Part shown: positions 55,960-64,000 of the stretch, piece after piece
How the letters are laid out: the number at the start of each line of letters is the position of its first letter
Numbering within the stretch: position 1 is the first letter of the stretch
Assembly (NCBI GenBank): GCA_964016885.1
Contig: OZ024742.1
Coordinates: forward strand, 142,104,001 to 142,168,000
Length of the DNA stretch: 64,000 nt
From: Eledone cirrhosa
Taxonomy: Eukaryota
Reading direction: 5' to 3'
Notes under the pieces: generated by a model
What the model was told of the DNA's origin: nothing
Database searches by the model: none
What the model saw: only the letters and a program-made list of their open reading frames with translations
Translations under genes and position numbers: made by a program

Positions 55960-57253
55960 ACTCCTTAACAAACACAAAGTCAATTTCACCACTATAAATA
56001 GCACGCGAACAACTTTCTACCACCACATTAAAACTCACAAAACCAGCCTTAAACTCCGTATCAGACCTATTATCTCTAGCATAAATGGCCCCCTCCCCTA
56101 ATAAAATCTCATAACTCCTCTCACAAATCCTCAAATCTATACTTTCTAATCTCTCTTTCCCGGACATGTCAGCAACTCCGATGAAATCATCCAAAGACTC
56201 CGGCAACTTCAACCATGCCAATCTACACATAACAGATACGCCTTTAATCTCGAAGTTATATCTCTCTAGACGTTTGTACCCCCTTCTCTACTGGTCAAAC
56301 TCTTCTTACTTCTATTACTTTGGCCTCAGCTCCTCAGATATCCATCAACTCCCATCCATCATTATCGAAATTACTTAATTTGTTTTCTACAACCACGTGT
56401 ACAAACAAACAACATCTGTCCATGGGATCCAGTCCGTCAGTTTACTGGCACCTACTGGCACATCCAATCTAAAACTTTCTTTTAATATAGTTTTGAGCGA
56501 AAACTAAGAATTTTAAAATGTTCAGATATTTAGTTGATTGTAAATAAGAATAACAACTATAAAATTGACCCACTATAAAATATTAATAGAGTCGGGATCA
56601 CGACAGCTGAGCTCTTGCCGTTTCAACAGCTAGTTATAAACTTAATCGCCTGTGTTTTGGCGGTAGAATTAACTGTCGTGATCAGGAGGCTACGATGTCC
56701 AAATATGAGCATACACTTTATTACTTTATACCCAGTTGTGAAAAGTCTTTACTAAGGTATCTGTTTTTTTGGTGGAGCTAAAATCTTAAATGCGTGTGTG
56801 CACCACTGGACAGCTGACCTTTTCATGTTTACGAGTACAATTCATCGCTGGTCTAGTAGAATTCGTTGATATTGACTACGGTTCTATACTTAGGCCATTT
56901 GGAGGCGATAAAAACATGTCTTTATTTGAGATACTCTCACACCTTCCTTGATAAAGATAATTCACTATATTTATCCTGATAAATTAGAACACAGACAGCT
57001 GACCACACGAATACGTACAATCACCAAGCTAAATACGTGTACACCTCCCTCAACACACTGGCCACTCCACCAAAAAAACAAATACCTTAGTAAAGACTTT
57101 TCACAACTGGGTATAAAGTAATAAAGTGTATGCTCATATTTGGACATCGTAGCCTCCTGATCACGACAGTTAATTCTACCGCCAAAACACAGGCGATTAA
57201 GTTTATAACTAGCTGTTGAAACGGCAAGAGCTCAGCTGTCGTGGTCCCGACTC
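55960..57253 (+). mobile_element. Heavily decayed PLE-like RT remnant followed by an inverted pair of pLTR-like segments (56590-56755 and 57086-57253)
   Basis: Remnant F(V)FYNHVYKQT..MGS near 56380-56435. Near-identical inverted repeat of about 165 bp holding an HHR-like fold with core CTGATCA. Confidence 0.5.
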
Positions 57254-57355
57254 TTTCATATATATATATACACAGATATAGACATATACATCTATATGTG
57301 TGTGTGTATGTATCCATATATATATATATACACACATATATATATACAAATATAT

Positions 57356-57461
<106 letters not shown>

Positions 57462-57573
57462 ATATGCACTAATTACATTCCCCTTATCATTTGTATGACA
57501 TTATTTATTTCTCTATCTCTCATTTCTATAAAATATACCAACCGTCGTTTCTGGCATTCATAAGGCTGCTTTC

Positions 57574-57616
<43 letters not shown>

Positions 57617-57750
57617 TTAACCTATATACAGAGATTGCAAACTTGAATCTAACGAAACACAACATACTACTATTTATGCTTTCATTTTGTTTCGTTTATG
57701 AATATATATTTCTCCAGCTGAGTTGTAAATTGAGAAAAATACGCGCGCGC

Positions 57751-57850
<100 letters not shown>

Positions 57851-58921
57851 CCACACATATATATGTGCACATGTATATAAGTGTATATATATATATACAT
57901 ACATGCATACATATATATATAATATATAGAAGTATACATATATACATATACATGTATGCATACATTAATATATATATACATTTGAATACATATTTATTTA
58001 TTCATATATATATGTGTGTGTGTGTGTGTGTACATGTGTGTCTGTTTGTGTACATATATGCGTTTTTAGTGTTGCATTCTTGATCTAAACACTATACGAA
58101 TATAATATAAATGATCAGGTGGGATTTGAATCCTATAAAGGTTCTTAGAAACACTAATCTCAGAACAGAGGTGTTTTATATATTTAAACACAAAGGTACA
58201 TTATATATTACATTTTATTCTTTTTCTGGATTCAACCATTTGCTTGGGTTCATGCTGGTACACACCACCATCAGTGCTATTGAAATCGCTGCTGTGCATT
58301 GGTGAATAGAGGAGTTTGATTATTTTTGGTAAGCTGTACACGTTAGAAGAATAAGATCTAACTAATAACTGTATATATTGAATTCGTAATTATCATTGGC
58401 AATACTTCAGTAGAGTTTGTTTAGAAGTTCTTGAGAAACTGTGCATATGTCGACAGGTCGAAACAAATTCGTTTGTTTTGTTTACAATTCGACTAGAGCG
58501 TCAAATAACATGAAACTTCTGTGTAAGGCAACATCTGTAGTACCTCAACGATTGTGTCTTATGTCGATTGTCTTTCCGTTATTTCTGAACATCCAAATAT
58601 ATTTCGATGGGGTGTTGTGTTCCGGATGTTAACTATGGTAAGAAATTTATGCTATTATGTGCGATTTTTCAATGAGTATTCTGTGCCTGTCGAAATATCA
58701 ATAGTGTAGGCATCAAAGCGGTATAAAATACGTTTTTCTCTTGTCATTTATCTTATAGGTGGCGAAGCTCTACATTTTATTTGCATATGGTTTGTGTGTA
58801 ATATTTTTCATTGTAACTGTTAATAGTACAACACGGAAAGCCTAATATTTGTCTGTTGTATTTTTGGTTTTCGTTTAATTTGTCTCAATATCATACATTA
58901 ATCTTCACGTACACGTACACA

Positions 58922-59050
<129 letters not shown>

Positions 59051-59214
59051 ATGGTTGACGTTTGAGAGAAAGGAATACTCAATACCGAAGTAGAGTTTTA
59101 ATATTCAATATTATTAATGCGAAAAAGTGAGTCTTGTTACTCTGGAGTTTCGCCTATTTATCACAGGGTCGTCATACAAAAACCTTTCTTGTTTGATGAC
59201 CCTGTGACAAACAA

Positions 59215-59720
59215 GCGATTAAGAGCAAGAATTGTAGGAGTTGGTGCAGTAATGCATCGGCTTCGGCATTCGGTAATCAAAGGGTGTAAAAGCCAAACTC
59301 GCTATCTTTAATTCGGTATTCGTGCTAACCCTTGCCTATGGTCATGAATCTTGAGTAATGATCGAAAGAATACAATCGCGAATACAAGCGGCCGAAATGG
59401 GATACCTCCGAAGGGTCTTTGGAGTATCTTTACTCGATAGAGTACATAGCTCCGAGATCAGAGAATCACTTCAGGTAGAGTCTCTACTTCTCCAAATTGA
59501 GAGATCACTGCTCCGTTACTATGGGTATGTGGTTAGAATGTCTCAGGAAAGAATCGGTAGACAAATCTTACGGGAAAAACCAGCCGGCAGGAGACCCATG
59601 GGTAGACCTCGAGCAAGATTGTTGCATAACATCCATAAGCTTGGCTGGTCTCGCTTGGTAATCCTGCCGGATCAGTTGGAGGTGGTTACTTCTGACATGA
59701 CCCACTGGAAGAGAGGAAGA
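59215..59720 (+). mobile_element. 3' end of an RTE-like LINE ORF
   Basis: RIQAAEMGYLRRVFGVSLLDRV..EIRESLQVE..QIERSLLRYYGYVVRM..GRRPMGRPR, typical of RTE C-termini. Confidence 0.8.
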
Positions 59721-59742
59721 TATATATATATATATGTGTGTG

Positions 59743-59791
<49 letters not shown>

Positions 59792-59941
59792 TTCAGTCGG
59801 GCTAACCGCAGTTACTAAGGTACTCAATACATTGGTAGAGAGTAAACATCATGTTTAATATAGAAAAAGGCTTCTACAGAACTAGAACTGATTTCTTTTG
59901 AATTAAACAGTTCTAGTCAGGTAGAAGCCATTTCTACACAC

Positions 59942-62140
<2,199 letters not shown>

Positions 62141-62141
62141 A

Positions 62142-63960
62142 GAAAGATTGAAGAATAACATGGTCAACAGTACAAAAAAGGGGTTTTATTTACAGTCTAA
62201 CAATTGTTTCACTGATTAAGTTGTCTAAAAATTGCTGAACACTTCAAGCTGTGCCACTCAATTTTAAATACGTTGATAGCTTAACAAGATCATCAGAGAA
62301 ACTGTTAAAATATGTTCAGTTTTCACGAATTCAAATTACAACAACATTAATAATAAAGATAGAGAGATAGAGAGAAAAAAAGAAAGAAAAAGGAGAAAGG
62401 AAAAAGAGAAAGATATATAGAAAAAAGACAGAGAGAAAAGAGGATAGAAAGAGAAGAAAAAAAGGATAAAGAAAAAATAATACAGGTAAAGAAAAACAGA
62501 AATAAAGGGGAAAATAATGATATCAACAATAAATGAATAAATGCTAATAAACAAGTTACATCGAGGATGATACAAAACAATACAAAATATGAAAATAAAT
62601 TAAAAAAATAAAAAATATATACCACATATCTTGCATAAGGAATTTGATAACCTACAGGGAGGAATTTATAGAGACGATACATTACTTTTAGCTAAAAACC
62701 TAAATAATCAAAACTTAGAAAGATTACGAAAAAAGATTAGAACATTCTTCAATAAATTAGGCCTAAACATCACTTTTGAACTCAACTCTAAAAAAGCTAA
62801 CTTCTTAGATGTATCACTTAACCTAGACACAGGTCTGGTCTAATAGAACCCTTCCATAAAAATAACGAAAATCTAGCTTAAATTAATTATAACTCTAATC
62901 ACCCTCGCTCCATAATTAACTCCATAGCACATAGTATATCCCTTAGAATTTCGCGCTTATCTTCTAATCTAGAGATTGTTAACCAACACGCTAACTACTA
63001 CAACATAGCTTTACTTAAGGCAGGCCATAAAGAGAGACTCAAATACATACCAGATACAAAACATAACAACACATTTAACAGAAATAACACTATCCACACT
63101 ATAGAAGCAACAAATCTAGGACTAAACATAGAAATTGGCAACAAGCACCAGAATTAATTGAACCGAATTCTAATATAAGGACCACTAGAAACTATAGAAG
63201 ATGCAGAGATAGAAAATACTTATTGTTCAATCCAATATTTAACTCCTCTATAAAAACAAAACTACCTTATACTTTCTTTAAATTAGTTGACAAAGACATC
63301 CCTAAACTTCATTAAATACCATAAAATCTTTAATAGAAATACTATCAAACTATCTTACTCCACTGCCAACAACATAGAATCGCACATACATAAGATGAAC
63401 TATAAGAGAATTTCTAATACAAGTAAGAACACATCACGACAATACATCAACAAACCCAATTCTCAGCCCATACATAACAACATACAAAACCGTATCGCGG
63501 AACCGGCACATAGGAAAGTATCAAAATGTAACTGTCATCTGCCTGATAAATGCCCATTATAAAATAGATGCCTGGAGTCAAATATAGTGTACCTATGTAC
63601 TATAAATTCAGGCAACTTAGTATGGCACCACATAGGTTCGACAGCGGGGGAGTTCAAGAAAATGTGGTATGTCCACAGACACTCTATAAATAACAGGAAG
63701 CTTATGAATACAACGACGTTCGCCAATAAAATCTGGCAGCTCAAAGATACAAACCAGGAATACAGAATCAGGTGGATGAAGTTATAAAAGGCAATTGCCT
63801 ATAGAATTGGCATGTCCCAGTGTGGTCTTTGTAATATGGAACTATTCCAAATTTTAAAATACAACAAAATGCTACTTAACAGCAAAATTGAACGAACTAT
63901 TTTTTTGTAGGCATCTTTAGTAGTTACACAGCCTAGTCATGCAATATGCAAATTAGTAGT
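62142..63960 (+). mobile_element. Decayed 5'-truncated Penelope-like element (RT, linker, GIY-YIG) preceded by an inverted pLTR
   Basis: GGIYRDDTL, NFLDVSLNLDTG, NSNHPRSI, RISRLSSN, HKIFNRNTIKLSYST, CNCHLPDKCPL, HIGST..FKK and CGLC motifs with many stops. Same PLE type as 35372-36237. Confidence 0.85.
62192..62305 (-). ncRNA. Hammerhead motif in the inverted pLTR
   Basis: Minus strand reads acagtttct CTGATGA t cttgttaag...cttaatcag t GAAA caattg TT agactgt. Confidence 0.65.
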
Positions 63961-64000
63961 TATTAATTTGCAGATACTCAATTTTCAAATGCTGCTCGTA

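Overview
Eukaryotic, AT-rich, microsatellite-dense genomic DNA. The repeat landscape suggests an octopus or other cephalopod, but that is an inference. The only host-gene signal is two coding exons (3220-3440 and 42554-42636, + strand) of a Cys-loop GABA-A/GRD-like receptor subunit, separated by a 39-kb intron. The rest is SINEs, decayed LINEs (R4/Dong-like, RTE-like), Penelope-like elements (PLEs) and simple repeats; nearly all ORF-track entries are microsatellite artefacts. The main discovery is a dense population of type I hammerhead ribozyme (HHR) motifs. A 4-kb head-to-head array of an apparently identical 310-bp unit (25055-29100) carries 13 minimal hammerheads and has the hallmarks of a non-LTR retrozyme (circular-RNA retroelement). 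About ten further, mostly unrelated HHR-bearing inserts sit mainly in (TA)n tracts and many have inverted ends. Six families share an unusual U.U pair at the base of stem II, and there are U3:A8 and U4C core variants. All folds were read by eye; nothing was computed or tested.
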